This document shows positions 46,144 through 56,429 of a stretch of DNA of 64,000 nucleotides, in pieces. Every line of letters starts with the position of its first letter. The first letter of the stretch is position 1. The notes beneath the pieces are model-generated. The model was not told the origin of the DNA and did not search any database. It was given only the letters and a program-made list of their open reading frames with translations. Source of the stretch: Candidatus Saccharimonadia bacterium (GTDB lineage Bacteria > Patescibacteriota > Saccharimonadia > UBA4664 > JBBRNT01); the NCBI GenBank assembly GCA_038230095.1, contig JBBRNT010000004.1:20448-84447 (forward strand). Reading direction: 5' to 3'. The position numbers and the translations under genes are program-made.

Positions 46144-46893
46144 ATGCTAATGGCAAAACTTTCATCGCTTTTTCAGGATGCTGGCCTGACGGGTAAGCTC
46201 AAACACAACAGTCCGCTGATCAACGCCAAGGCCATCCAAGAGTGCCTCGATGGCACAAGCTACTGGACATTTGGTATTAAGGCTCTAGACTTCCTGGGGT
46301 ACGACTTACCCAAAGCCACCGAGGTTGTGGCGTCCTCACTTGGTCTGTCGCTGCGCGAGTTCCAGCACGGCAAGCATGCCATGATCAATCCCGATACTAC
46401 TATGCGTGCCCTCGGGGCCGCGCTGAGCTACTTGCGCTGGGCATCCGAAAACCACAAGACCGTGCTCTTTGCCACCGGCCACCCTGGCTCCATGCTGGGT
46501 GCCTACCAGCTCCTAGCCGACCAGACTGCCCGCTGGGGTGGCCGAGTCTACCGGCTGCCAGACAATCCGTCGATCGAGCCAGGTCTATGGCTAGACAGCG
46601 TGGGCGACTGCATTGTGACCAGCGACGAAGGCACGCTGCACCACACCCATGATGGGCGAGTACTAGAGGACATTCTCCAACACCATCGGATAGATCTGGT
46701 TGTGGCAGACCACGGCTTTGCCGGAGCGGCCATTAATGCGGGTAAGACAGTCATAGCCATATTCGATACGGATGATCCCGCTATTCCGCTCATGGCTTCT
46801 GCGCAAAAGGATGGTATTATCGCCGTACCCCTCAACGATAATCAAAAAAATCTAACCACTGCAGCTGCCTTTGCAGCCCTGCTTAAGCCATAA
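46144..46893 (+). CDS. hypothetical protein
   Basis: 249-aa ORF with no recognisable motif. Sits inside the epimerase/kinase/HAD cluster. Confidence 0.4.
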   Translation: MLMAKLSSLFQDAGLTGKLKHNSPLINAKAIQECLDGTSYWTFGIKALDFLGYDLPKATEVVASSLGLSLREFQHGKHAMINPDTTMRALGAALSYLRWASENHKTVLFATGHPGSMLGAYQLLADQTARWGGRVYRLPDNPSIEPGLWLDSVGDCIVTSDEGTLHHTHDGRVLEDILQHHRIDLVVADHGFAGAAINAGKTVIAIFDTDDPAIPLMASAQKDGIIAVPLNDNQKNLTTAAAFAALLKP

Positions 46894-46896
46894 TTT

Positions 46897-47889
46897 ATGA
46901 TAAAAACTGATCTATTTACAAAGGATGAGCTAATTGAGCTCCAGGCCGATCTACTGGTGGCACTTGGCCGCCAGGGCTTCGACATTGAGGAGATCCGTCT
47001 CATTGGTGTGAAGGGCCATGGCTACCATGCTACCGTCTTTTCGGTCATGATCGACGACAATCACCATGTACTGAAGGTCTACCGTGAGGCTCAGGCCTTT
47101 GAGCGTGAAGTCAAGCACCTGTATCAGGTAATCCCTAAGGATCGTTTCTTGTTCGTCTGGCGGGCCGAAGAGAACCGCTTTGATTACAATATTGTTATTG
47201 TCGAGGTGCCAGATGGCCAGGAACTACGTCCCAAGACGCTTACCGCCCAGTCGTCAGAGCGGCTCACCGAGCAGCTCATTGCCCTCCACAGCCTACGCTC
47301 CCGTCGGCGCGTCTCAGCCAAGAGTCTTAAGCTCCGTATCGAAGAAATGCGCCCACTAGCCCTGGAGCACGCCAAGGAGTTTGCCGACTACATTACTCCC
47401 GAGCAAGTCGCCGCCGACATTGAAGAGGTAAAGCAGTACCTACGTGATAACCGGGATAAGTTCCGGGTGCGTAAGTCGCGCACTCATGGTGATCTGTGGT
47501 GGTCGAACATTATTGTTGCCGAGGAAGCCGTCTATATGATTGACTGGGAGCGGCTACGGTTTGCCGACTACTTGGAAGACCTGGCCAAGATGCGCGTGCT
47601 TTTCCACTTTGTGCGCCGCTCAGATCCCACCACCTTCTTTGGGCGCAAAGGTGTGTCGCAGGACAAGGTAGACGCCTTCATGTCACCCATTTTACGTGCC
47701 TATCGGCATAGCTTTTCCGACCCCATGCTGCTTGGACGCTATGGGTTTTACTGCTTCCTATATGGACTCACCTTCTTCGGTAACTATGTCTACGCCGACA
47801 AGAAGGGCACGCTTGAGGCTATCAACATGTACCTCGAAGGCCGCGCCCAATTCCATAAGCATAACGAGCGCCGGTCTACTTCAGAGTAG
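46897..47889 (+). CDS. phosphotransferase (APH/choline-kinase-like protein kinase fold)
   Basis: Catalytic loop HGDLWWSNI and IDWERL (D of the DFG-equivalent). 330 aa. Confidence 0.65.
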   Translation: MIKTDLFTKDELIELQADLLVALGRQGFDIEEIRLIGVKGHGYHATVFSVMIDDNHHVLKVYREAQAFEREVKHLYQVIPKDRFLFVWRAEENRFDYNIVIVEVPDGQELRPKTLTAQSSERLTEQLIALHSLRSRRRVSAKSLKLRIEEMRPLALEHAKEFADYITPEQVAADIEEVKQYLRDNRDKFRVRKSRTHGDLWWSNIIVAEEAVYMIDWERLRFADYLEDLAKMRVLFHFVRRSDPTTFFGRKGVSQDKVDAFMSPILRAYRHSFSDPMLLGRYGFYCFLYGLTFFGNYVYADKKGTLEAINMYLEGRAQFHKHNERRSTSE

Positions 47890-47905
47890 CTGCCAAGAAA
47901 GCTGA

Positions 47906-47946
47906 ACGGCTCACCAGAGAAGTCTTTGGTGAGCCGTTGTATTTGG
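47906..47946. terminator. bidirectional rho-independent terminator
   Basis: ACGGCTCACC-(12-nt loop)-GGTGAGCCGT-TGTATTTGG. Confidence 0.5.
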
Positions 47947-47951
47947 GCCGC

Positions 47952-48668
47952 TTAGGCGGCTTGGTCGAGCAGGATCAGGAGATCCCGTAGGTCGTGGATG
48001 ACTGGTCCCGTGAAGCCCTCGATGAGATCGGGCCGCTGCGCGCCTGACGCTTCCGGGTGCTCGTAGTAGATAGCAGTGAGGCCAGCCTCGGTGGCACCCT
48101 GGAGCGAGCCATCCCCGCCGTCATCGATGAACCACAGCTGGCTCAGGTCGGTGAAGCCCAGCAACGCAGCAGCGCGTTGGTACGCTTCCGGATCGGGCTT
48201 CTTCACTCGCAGGTGATGGCTGTAGCCACTTTCGGGGAGATAGGTGTGAAGACCCAGGAGGGCATCACCACCTTCTTCGTTCGGGCTGGCATTGCTGCAT
48301 AGGCCCACAGCCAGACCGCGCTGCTTGAGCAGTCGGACGGTGTCAATTCCGCTGTCCAGCCGACATACCGTGTAGTACGCGTTGTACTCGGCCCTGATGA
48401 TCCGTGGCACTTCCTTGTCTGGCAGCTCCCACCCGTAGGCTGCAGCTATCCGTTGCAGGCGCTCCGTTGCGGTCAGCCGGCCCAGATCGTAGCCTTGGTT
48501 GGGGCCTTGCATGGCAGTAATCCATTTGCTCGAGTCAATGCCATAGGTCGCACCCAGCCAGTCCGCAAAGCGGACAAAAGGAGGGCGCAGATCTTTGGAA
48601 GGGCGGGACTGCACGAGCACGCCACCACGGTCGAACAAGATGCCTCGCGGCTTGGGAAGGGCAGTCAT
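47952..48668 (-). CDS. HAD-superfamily hydrolase
   Basis: Motif I ILFDRGGVL (DxG-type). Downstream HAD motifs II-IV. 238 aa. Confidence 0.7.
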   Translation of the reverse strand: MTALPKPRGILFDRGGVLVQSRPSKDLRPPFVRFADWLGATYGIDSSKWITAMQGPNQGYDLGRLTATERLQRIAAAYGWELPDKEVPRIIRAEYNAYYTVCRLDSGIDTVRLLKQRGLAVGLCSNASPNEEGGDALLGLHTYLPESGYSHHLRVKKPDPEAYQRAAALLGFTDLSQLWFIDDGGDGSLQGATEAGLTAIYYEHPEASGAQRPDLIEGFTGPVIHDLRDLLILLDQAA

Positions 48669-48808
48669 GGTCTCTCATTTCGGTCGGGTACAATGAACCG
48701 ATACACTATAGAACAATAGCTAGAAAACATCAATCATTTATCAGATATAAAACCCTGCAGAATAGTCTATGTAGGGGTATACTAGCATTAGTAATACGGA
48801 GTTACTTC

Positions 48809-49027
48809 ATGCCAGAACAAGAACTCACTCAGGCCGAACAAGACGCCCTCCAGCGCGCTGAAGCGCCCGCGCTCAATCCTGGGTTGCAAGAGGAGCTACC
48901 CGCCGACCAAGCCGAAAAAGCTGTTCGAAAGTCCGAGTCGAGCTACAGCCAACGCCGCGGCCTTGTTGGCCGAGCCGTACAGACCATTGGCCGCGCTTTT
49001 CGCGGCAACAACAAAGGCTCAAACTAG
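48809..49027 (+). CDS. small hypothetical protein
   Basis: 72-aa ORF with RBS GGAG 7 nt upstream. Acidic/basic, no TM. Confidence 0.3.
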   Translation: MPEQELTQAEQDALQRAEAPALNPGLQEELPADQAEKAVRKSESSYSQRRGLVGRAVQTIGRAFRGNNKGSN

Positions 49028-49068
49028 CCCAGACACCAGATCTGACTACAATCAGCTATAATAGACTC

Positions 49069-49632
49069 ATGATTGCAAAGATTACCGGTATTGTTAGCGA
49101 AAAGGTCCACGACGCGCTCATCGTTGAGATTGCCGGCTTGGGCTATGAGCTATTTGTAGCGACTACCGATTGGGGTAGTGCCACGCAGGGCGTGGTGCAA
49201 GCCTTCTATATCCATGAGCATATCCGCGAGGATGCACACGTACTCTACGGCTTTTCTGAGCTGGCCGATAAGCTTCTTTTTGAGCAGCTCATTAGCATCT
49301 CAGGCATTGGCCCCAAGGTGGGCATGGCCGTACTGTCTTCGGCCAGTCGAAGCCGGCTCCAGCAGGCTATTGCCGCCGGGGATCCTGAGCTCTTGCGCGG
49401 TGTATCCGGTGTGGGCAAGAAGACTGCCGAACGCATTATTGTTGAGCTACGTGGCAAGATGGATGGTCTAGCGGGTGCCGCCAGCATGTCTACCGGCGAT
49501 GCTACCTACCAGGCCCTGCTTGGCCTCGGCTACGCGCCCGCTCAGGCCAGCGAGGCTGTTGCTGCCATCCCCGCCGAAGTTACTGGCGAACAGGCACGCA
49601 TTAAGGCCGCCCTTAAGGTGCTAGCCAGATGA
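49069..49632 (+). CDS. ruvA: Holliday junction branch migration protein RuvA
   Basis: [10 protein letters not shown]-terminal OB domain, HhH motifs ([20 protein letters not shown]), C-terminal domain III. Confidence 0.92.
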   Translation: MIAKITGIVSEKVHDALIVEIAGLGYELFVATTDWGSATQGVVQAFYIHEHIREDAHVLYGFSELADKLLFEQLISISGIGPKVGMAVLSSASRSRLQQAIAAGDPELLRGVSGVGKKTAERIIVELRGKMDGLAGAASMSTGDATYQALLGLGYAPAQASEAVAAIPAEVTGEQARIKAALKVLAR

Positions 49633-50663
49633 TTGAGCGCGTTACAGCTGCCACTGCAGAAGAGGAAAGCCCAGAAGAGCTGCAGATCGAGGAAACGCTT
49701 CGGCCCCGCACCTTTGGCGAGTATATTGGCCAAGAGGCCATTAAGGATAATCTCGGCCTGGCTATTTCTGCTGCTAAGGGACGCGGTGAGCCCATTGACC
49801 ATGTTTTACTCTACGGCCCACCCGGGCTCGGTAAAACCACTCTTGCTAGCGTCATAGCTTCTGAAATGAGTGCCGGTATTAAGGTCACTTCTGGGCCTGC
49901 CATCGAGCGAGCAGGGGACTTAGCATCCCTACTAACCAATCTGAACGAGCACGACATTCTCTTTATTGATGAGATCCACCGGCTACCCAAGACGGTTGAG
50001 GAAGTGCTGTATCCTGCTATGGAGGACTTTGGCTTGGACATTATGCTTGGCAAGGGCCCCTCAGCCAAGTCCATCCGCCTGGATCTACCCAAGTTCACTA
50101 TTATTGGCGCTACCACTCGTGTTGGCGCCCTGTCGGCACCGTTCCGTGACCGCTTTGGCCTGGTACACCGCCTAGACTACTACACACCAGAAGAAATGGT
50201 GAGGATCCTGAGTCGCTCTGCACGTATTCTGGGCGTCACGCTGGACACAGCTGCTGCCGTCGAGATTGGCACCCGCTCGCGCCTGACTCCACGTATTGCC
50301 AATCGGTTACTCAAGCGCGTACGCGACTATGCCGAGGTGAAGGCCGACGGCCTTGTTAACCAGAGCTTAGCTGCGGAGGCCTTGGCGCTTCTGGAGATTG
50401 ATGAGCTGGGCCTAGACGCTAGCGACCGGCGTCTGCTTATGGCTATCATTGACCACTATGCTGGCGGCCCCGTAGGGGTAGAGACGCTCGCAGCACTTAT
50501 CAGCGAAGAGCGCGCTACCATTGAGGACGTCTACGAGCCGTTTCTCATGCAGATCGGCCTGCTCGAGCGCACTCCTCGCGGTCGGCGTGTGACGCCCCGG
50601 GCGTATCGCCATGTGGGACGCGTCCCCGCCGTAGACTCTCTGTCCCAGGACCCGCTGCTGTAA
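49629..50663 (+). CDS. ruvB: Holliday junction DNA helicase RuvB
   Basis: [13 protein letters not shown], Walker [18 protein letters not shown], winged-helix C-terminus. Confidence 0.97.
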   Translation: MIERVTAATAEEESPEELQIEETLRPRTFGEYIGQEAIKDNLGLAISAAKGRGEPIDHVLLYGPPGLGKTTLASVIASEMSAGIKVTSGPAIERAGDLASLLTNLNEHDILFIDEIHRLPKTVEEVLYPAMEDFGLDIMLGKGPSAKSIRLDLPKFTIIGATTRVGALSAPFRDRFGLVHRLDYYTPEEMVRILSRSARILGVTLDTAAAVEIGTRSRLTPRIANRLLKRVRDYAEVKADGLVNQSLAAEALALLEIDELGLDASDRRLLMAIIDHYAGGPVGVETLAALISEERATIEDVYEPFLMQIGLLERTPRGRRVTPRAYRHVGRVPAVDSLSQDPLL

Positions 50664-51295
50664 TGCCGCGGCAATTAGCGGGGGAGCTAGCCAATGGCCA
50701 CGGGGCAACACTACTCTGGCCAGTCCGTGCTATAACGCAGCAACCAGGAAGCGACCAGTCGGTACTCTTCCAGGCATCTGTGGCGCCGCACGCACTGCTG
50801 CCGTGGCCAGCTTGGAGCTATGAGGAGCCACTACGTCTAGACTTGCACGACCTGTCGCAGAGCCGCCGGCCCCGACGCAGCGCCGGGTGGCAGCGGATAG
50901 CTAGCCGACCTCAAGCCATTGTCTCGGAGTCGACCCCGGCGGAGTGGCGGCTACGCTGTGGGTGGCTGACCGCGCGCGGCTGGCAATGGGTAGTTTTGAG
51001 CTACCCTAGGCTGTCGGGCGACCACCTGGCTATTCGGCCAGAAGGACTGCGGATTAGGGGCACTACTCCAGGTTCCCGGCTTGCCCAGCTCGCCGTTCCG
51101 ACGGCCGTGCTAGACCTGCCCCGGGCCATTCCCGAAGTATTGGGCTTGTTGCCCTTGCCCGCAGGGAGCTCATTGCCTGGCCTTGTAGCTAGCACTCGCG
51201 CCGCGGAGGCTCAGCTGGTGGGCTTAGTGCGGCAAGCTGAGCAGGACTACCTGGCTAGTGGTCAGGCTCGCCAGGCAGCCGAGTCCGAGCTATAA
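50663..51295 (+). CDS. hypothetical protein
   Basis: 210-aa ORF abutting ruvB. Arg/Trp-rich, no known motif. Confidence 0.4.
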   Translation: MPRQLAGELANGHGATLLWPVRAITQQPGSDQSVLFQASVAPHALLPWPAWSYEEPLRLDLHDLSQSRRPRRSAGWQRIASRPQAIVSESTPAEWRLRCGWLTARGWQWVVLSYPRLSGDHLAIRPEGLRIRGTTPGSRLAQLAVPTAVLDLPRAIPEVLGLLPLPAGSSLPGLVASTRAAEAQLVGLVRQAEQDYLASGQARQAAESEL

Positions 51296-51302
51296 TGCAG
51301 CT

Positions 51303-52019
51303 ATGAATCCAGAAATCACCCCCAACCTAGTCCCAGAACCGGCCCCAGAACCGGCCCCTACACCAGCGGCCCAGCCTCCGGTAGCTGCTACGCCGACAGC
51401 TCCCGCCACAGTCGCCCCAGCCGCATTTAATCCGGGCCCTTTTGCCCCGCACTATACCGAGGAACTGGATCGTTGCTCGCCCGTCCCTATGAACCCAGAC
51501 GAGCACGTGCTCCAGGTGGTCTACCGTCACCCCATCAATCTATTGCCCGTGGCTGTTAGCACTGGCCTCATTCTAGTTCTTGTCGCCATGGCCAGCTATG
51601 GCACTGGGCGTTACGCCGATGCCATAGCAAAGTATCTGCCACTCGCTACCGTCATGATCGTCCTTTGGTCGGTTGGGCTACTGGTCTTGGTTATTTTGCT
51701 CATCGCTTACTTTATTTATCGCCAAAACCGGGTTGTACTTACTACTCAGAATCTCATGCAGGTTGAGCAGTATGGCTTGTTTAACCGAGTAGTTTCCAAG
51801 CTAAGCTTGGCCAATATTGAAGACGTTACCGGCGAACGCAAGGGTCTGTTCGCTACCATTCTCAACTACGGCAATCTTATTGTAGAGACAGCAGGGGAGC
51901 AGGAGAACTTTGTCTTTGAGCAGGCCCCCTATCCGGCGGTACTGGTACAGGCTATCAACAAAGCCCACGAGGACGTTCTACAGGACCGCCGCACCAACCG
52001 TGAGCAACGCCCCGAGTAG
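51303..52019 (+). CDS. membrane protein with bacterial PH (bPH_2/DUF304-like) domain and Pro/Ala-rich N-terminus
   Basis: Two adjacent TM helices followed by a YdbT-like PH fold region. ORF track start 51258 overlaps the upstream gene; ATG 51303 preferred. Confidence 0.4.
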   Translation: MNPEITPNLVPEPAPEPAPTPAAQPPVAATPTAPATVAPAAFNPGPFAPHYTEELDRCSPVPMNPDEHVLQVVYRHPINLLPVAVSTGLILVLVAMASYGTGRYADAIAKYLPLATVMIVLWSVGLLVLVILLIAYFIYRQNRVVLTTQNLMQVEQYGLFNRVVSKLSLANIEDVTGERKGLFATILNYGNLIVETAGEQENFVFEQAPYPAVLVQAINKAHEDVLQDRRTNREQRPE

Positions 52020-52031
52020 CTCACTGGTTTA

Positions 52032-52328
52032 TCAGGGGGCAAATGGGTTTGTTTTGCCTACAGTACTGGTGTCTATGGTGGTAGGTACGTCTACAAGGGT
52101 ATTTACTGAGTTGATCACCTTCGTATCGAACTTAGTCTTAGCTACGGACTGAGCGCTCCGAGCGGCCTCAATTGCTTCATTGGACGGCAGAACATTCAGC
52201 GATTGGCTAGCACGCCAGCCGCAGAAGCCGATTGCCCCAATCATCACTAGTAGTGCCAAGAAGGGCCCTAGTCCGGCTAGGGTCTTCAGTAGCTTTTTCA
52301 GGGTGTCGGTGCTTATTTCTAGCTTCAT
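52032..52328 (-). CDS. small membrane-anchored protein, last gene of the type IV pilus operon (PilP-like?)
   Basis: 98 aa, one TM. Follows pilO with a 4-nt overlap. Confidence 0.3.
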   Translation of the reverse strand: MKLEISTDTLKKLLKTLAGLGPFLALLVMIGAIGFCGWRASQSLNVLPSNEAIEAARSAQSVAKTKFDTKVINSVNTLVDVPTTIDTSTVGKTNPFAP

Positions 52329-52891
52329 GGTTTTATATACACACTCATGTTTATGGTATAGGAAGTAGACGGCTTACCATCGGCTCCCACGGTACTGGTT
52401 ACGCTAATGGAGGTTACGTTGGAGTAGCGGTTCAGGCTCTCTAACTGCTTCAGGAAGTTCAGGAAGTTCAGGTAGGTGGCTTTAGCCGTAAAGCTGATCG
52501 GCAGCGCAATAGCATCGCCCGCTGGCACGGTCTGGCTCGTGGTATTGGGCAGTGTACTACCGGCGGAGCCAGTAAAGCTGGTAGAGTCTATGACTACACT
52601 ATTCTGGTCGGCCAGTTTCTGCACCTGCAAGACTATCTCCGATTGCTTCTTAGCGCGGGGTAGGGATAGCTCTAGCTTGGCAAACTTGGGCTGCAAGGCC
52701 AGGTACTGGCTCTTTAGGCTGGCCAGATCCTGTGCGTGGTCGCCTGCTACTGTTGCCTGCACTAGCGTGTCGCTGAGCTCTCGGGTGCGCGCTACGAGCA
52801 GGCCATTGGCAAAGTAGATGCCCACGGCCACGCCGCCAAGCAGGAGTACAAGAACTATAAGCATTACAAAGTAGAGCTGCTTCGGTTTCAT
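52325..52891 (-). CDS. pilO: type IV pilus assembly protein PilO
   Basis: N-terminal TM, coiled-coil, C-terminal ferredoxin-like region. Position after pilN. Confidence 0.55.
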   Translation of the reverse strand: MKPKQLYFVMLIVLVLLLGGVAVGIYFANGLLVARTRELSDTLVQATVAGDHAQDLASLKSQYLALQPKFAKLELSLPRAKKQSEIVLQVQKLADQNSVVIDSTSFTGSAGSTLPNTTSQTVPAGDAIALPISFTAKATYLNFLNFLKQLESLNRYSNVTSISVTSTVGADGKPSTSYTINMSVYIKP

Positions 52892-53433
52892 CGTGCTTGC
52901 CCCGGCCTAAAGCCGATCGTGATACCAAAGTTGTAGTTGCCCTTTTCATCGCGGCCAATGTTCTCAATGTCGGCTCCACTTACCCGCGGTGATTTCTGCT
53001 CCAGCGCATCTCGAAACGACGCAATAGCCGATAGGCTGGTGGTAGTGCCGGCAATGCGTACTGGCTTTTTGTCGTCACCAGTCAGGGAAATACTGCTGAT
53101 AACTACATTCGTGGGCGTCACCTTGGCCAGGTCTTCCAGGAGGAGTGAGAAGTGTGATTGGTTGGCCTGAATAGCCTTAATAGCAGAAACGCGCGCATTT
53201 ACTGACTTAGCATCCTTCTCTAGGCTCTTATACTTGGACACCTCAGTCTGCTGGGTCGCCAGCAGAGCCCTGGCAGACGCTGTTTGATTGCGCACCGACA
53301 AATAGGCGTAGCCGAGCAGTCCGCCGCAGATAATAATAGTCATGGCCGTAAGCCAGACATAGCTGACCAGCGCTTGGTTGCGCTTGGAGTAGTTAACCTG
53401 CTCTTTGACGTCACCCGGCAGCAGATTAATCAT
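52888..53433 (-). CDS. pilN: type IV pilus assembly protein PilN
   Basis: Hallmark MINLLP N-terminus and TM. Fimbrial assembly family. Confidence 0.65.
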   Translation of the reverse strand: MINLLPGDVKEQVNYSKRNQALVSYVWLTAMTIIICGGLLGYAYLSVRNQTASARALLATQQTEVSKYKSLEKDAKSVNARVSAIKAIQANQSHFSLLLEDLAKVTPTNVVISSISLTGDDKKPVRIAGTTTSLSAIASFRDALEQKSPRVSGADIENIGRDEKGNYNFGITIGFRPGQAR

Positions 53434-54499
53434 GCTGCACCTCGCGTAGGGCTAGACCAAGGGCCGTGGTGTACATGGGCATTTCTAGCGCCTTGGGTGC
53501 GCCTACGTGCTTTGCTTCCAGGTGCTCCCAGGTATTACCCACCTGGATTGGCAGCCCCAGCTGGCTACTCAGGTACTCACCCAGGCCTGGCATGCTGGCG
53601 CTACCGCCGGACAGAATAATCGTACTGATAGGGGGTTTCTTATCGTTGCGATCCGCGTAGAACTTAATTACTTTCTTCATTTCTGAGGTAATCTGCTGTA
53701 GCTGCGGTGTAAGGGCCTCGGTTATCTTCGCCTGCAGGCCACTCTTACCAATGCCGAACTTGTACTTCATCTCATTGGCTTGGTCCAGGGTAATGCCTAG
53801 GTTCTTGCTCATGGTCGCCGTCAGGTCGTCGCCGCCCACGGTAATGCTACCCGTCAACCGCACCACGCGGTCGTAGATAGCCAGGTCGGCGGAGCGCGAG
53901 CCGAAGTCTATGACCAGCGTTGCCTTGTCACTGGCCCCACCCAGCAGCATTGCGCGGGTGATAGACGTAAGACTAGCCTCAATTGAGTCAATCTCTAGGC
54001 CCAAAATATCGAATAGCTGTATGTAGGAGTTTACGATTGCCCGCGGCGCCGCCACCATGAGCACGCTCAGCTGCGCTTCCTTGCCCTCAGCCCCCGGTAC
54101 TTGTTCTATCACTTCAAAGTCTAGATACAGGTCGGTAGCGGGTATGGGTATGTATTGTTCGGCCTCCAACCGCACTGCTTGGTCCAGGTCTGCCTCACTC
54201 ATCATTGGCAGTTGGAGGGTACGAATAAATACCTTGGCCGTCGGGAGGGCTACTGCCACTTTCTTGCCAGTTATGCGGCCCGCGGTGGGGTGGGCCAGCA
54301 GTGGCTTTATGGCCTGCGCCATCACCTCGGGGTCGGCAATAATGCCTTCAATTATGGTGTCGGGCGGGAAGTTGGTGGAGCCATAGCCGAGTACTCGGAC
54401 GTTTTTGCCGCGCCGTTCAACCTGTGCCACCTTGACGGTACGACTGCCAATGTCGAAACCGAAAAGAGAGCCCTTATGATAGATTAACGGAACGCGCAC
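53426..54499 (-). CDS. pilM: type IV pilus assembly protein PilM (actin-like ATPase fold)
   Basis: LFGFDIGSRTVKVAQV...actin/FtsA-like fold. 357 aa. Confidence 0.8.
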   Translation of the reverse strand: MRVPLIYHKGSLFGFDIGSRTVKVAQVERRGKNVRVLGYGSTNFPPDTIIEGIIADPEVMAQAIKPLLAHPTAGRITGKKVAVALPTAKVFIRTLQLPMMSEADLDQAVRLEAEQYIPIPATDLYLDFEVIEQVPGAEGKEAQLSVLMVAAPRAIVNSYIQLFDILGLEIDSIEASLTSITRAMLLGGASDKATLVIDFGSRSADLAIYDRVVRLTGSITVGGDDLTATMSKNLGITLDQANEMKYKFGIGKSGLQAKITEALTPQLQQITSEMKKVIKFYADRNDKKPPISTIILSGGSASMPGLGEYLSSQLGLPIQVGNTWEHLEAKHVGAPKALEMPMYTTALGLALREVQHD

Positions 54500-54562
54500 G
54501 TGCTCACCTAGTTACTCATTCATTATACCAAAGCATAAGCTGAATACTATGACCTAGGGCAA

Positions 54563-54584
54563 CAAAAAAACGGCCCGAAGGCCG
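54563..54584 (-). terminator. rho-independent terminator after the pilin gene (minus strand)
   Basis: CGGCC-TTCG-GGCCG followed by T7 on the minus strand. Confidence 0.55.
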
Positions 54585-54603
54585 CTTTCTTGGTGTGACC
54601 GGT

Positions 54604-55098
54604 CTAGTTCACGCTGGTGACAGCGTAGCCCTGAGGGTAGGTCGCAGGTGTACTGTAGGTACCATTGTACCCAGCAGCACCGTTCTTGTCGTTAATCTGC
54701 GAGTCAGTTGTGCTCTCGAGATTAGTTTCAATGACATACTTGGTTGGTGTCACTGTGCTGTTTACGCCGTAGACGTAGCCAGTTGCAACACCAGACTTTG
54801 GATCTGCAGGAACGGATGGCAGATAGTCTGGTACCAGGACAGTCGACAGGTTCGCGAAGTAGGTCGTAGACCCGTTCGTACCGCTGGCTGGCGCTGGATA
54901 GACATTCTTGTCATTGTAGTAGGTCTCAAGCGCATTCTTGACTGCGCGCATATCCGACTTACGTTGGGCGTCACGAGCACGCTTTGGACCGCTTGCCAGA
55001 CCTGGAACAATGATCAAGGCCAAGATGCCAATGATGACGATTACGATCAGAAGTTCGAGTAGGGTAAACCCGCTCTGCTTCTTTAGGAATTTTTTCAT
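54604..55098 (-). CDS. pilA: type IV major pilin (prepilin-type N-terminal cleavage/methylation domain)
   Basis: ATG 55098 with RBS AAGGAGGTG. MKKFLKKQSGFTLLELLIVIVIIGILA class III signal. ORF-track start 55158 is probably too long. Confidence 0.82.
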   Translation of the reverse strand: MKKFLKKQSGFTLLELLIVIVIIGILALIIVPGLASGPKRARDAQRKSDMRAVKNALETYYNDKNVYPAPASGTNGSTTYFANLSTVLVPDYLPSVPADPKSGVATGYVYGVNSTVTPTKYVIETNLESTTDSQINDKNGAAGYNGTYSTPATYPQGYAVTSVN

Positions 55099-55203
55099 GT
55101 GTGTTCTCACCTCCTTGTTATGGATTAGGTAAAGCTGTGCTTTAACTAGAGTAATCATAAAGTGCTTATGGCTGTGCCGTCAATGGGCAGACGCCAGGTG
55201 GTG

Positions 55204-56421
55204 CTAGATGGTATTGGACAGGGCGGAAATAGGCCCAAATACCGAGATGACGATAAAGCCTACCATGCCCCCTAGCGCGATGATAAGGATAGGCTCAATG
55301 ATCGAGGTAATGCTAGCAATAACCGTATCCACCTCGCGCTCATAGAAGCCAGCCAGCTTCACCAGGATGGTATCCATCTGGCCAGTTTCCTCACCGACGG
55401 CCACCATCTGGGACACAATCGGTGGAAAGGCTTTCAGCGCCTTGAGCGGTTCTGACACAGACTTACCATTCTTGACCTCGCTCGCTACCCTGATAAGGCC
55501 ATCCGAATAGACGGTGTTCGTCAGTGCCGACGACGTTACGTTGAGCGCATCCAGCACCGAGATGCCAGAGCTCATAAGCGACCCAAAGGTACGTGCAAAC
55601 CTGGCAACGTTCACCTTCTCTAGGATGGCGCCGATCACAGGCATATGGAGCAGAAACCGGTCCCAAACCCGCCTACCCTTATAGGTGTGAATAAATCGGT
55701 TCAATACGGCTGCCAGCGCGACCAGAACAGCCCCAATGTACAGCCCATAGTGCGTTAGGCCATGGCTGATAGCTAGCATGACTAGGGTGTAGACCGGTAG
55801 CTTAGCGCCCTGCCCAGCAAATATGCCTGCCAGGCCTGGGACAATCGCTGTCATTAAGAATACAAATGCGCCAATGGTTACCGAGAAGATAACGGCGGGA
55901 TAGGTCATGGCGCCCTTTACCTTACTTACAATCTCGGCATCTTTCTCCTGTTGGGTGGCCAGTCTGTCCAGTACCTCGTCGAGAATACCGCCCGTCTCAC
56001 CAGCCTTTACCATATTAATGTAGACACTAGAAAACACCGTCGGGTGCTCCGCTAGAGCGCTAGATAGTGTGGAGCCGCCCTCTACTTTCTTACTGCACTC
56101 GGCAATCACTTTCTGGAAAAAGCTCGAGGTAGCCTGCTCGCGCAGGATGGCCAGTGATTGCACAATCGGTACACCAGCGTTAATCATGGTCGAGAATTGG
56201 CGAGAGAAGATCACCTTGTCATTCAACGAAACTTTCTTCTTCAGGAAGGGAATTGATAGCTCTTTTTTAACACCAGTCCCACCGACAGTTTCTTTGACCA
56301 GGAGCGGGGTTATGCCCTTCTCCATCAGGCTAGCAGTGGCTGCCTGCCGGTCGGAGGCGGACATAGTACCTTTCTCGATTGCGCCGGATTTGTCACGCGC
56401 GGTGTAGCTAAACTGTGGCAT
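55204..56421 (-). CDS. pilC: type IV pilus inner-membrane platform protein PilC (GspF family)
   Basis: Duplicated T2SSF domains. 405 aa. Confidence 0.9.
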   Translation of the reverse strand: MPQFSYTARDKSGAIEKGTMSASDRQAATASLMEKGITPLLVKETVGGTGVKKELSIPFLKKKVSLNDKVIFSRQFSTMINAGVPIVQSLAILREQATSSFFQKVIAECSKKVEGGSTLSSALAEHPTVFSSVYINMVKAGETGGILDEVLDRLATQQEKDAEIVSKVKGAMTYPAVIFSVTIGAFVFLMTAIVPGLAGIFAGQGAKLPVYTLVMLAISHGLTHYGLYIGAVLVALAAVLNRFIHTYKGRRVWDRFLLHMPVIGAILEKVNVARFARTFGSLMSSGISVLDALNVTSSALTNTVYSDGLIRVASEVKNGKSVSEPLKALKAFPPIVSQMVAVGEETGQMDTILVKLAGFYEREVDTVIASITSIIEPILIIALGGMVGFIVISVFGPISALSNTI

Positions 56422-56429
56422 AGGTATCC

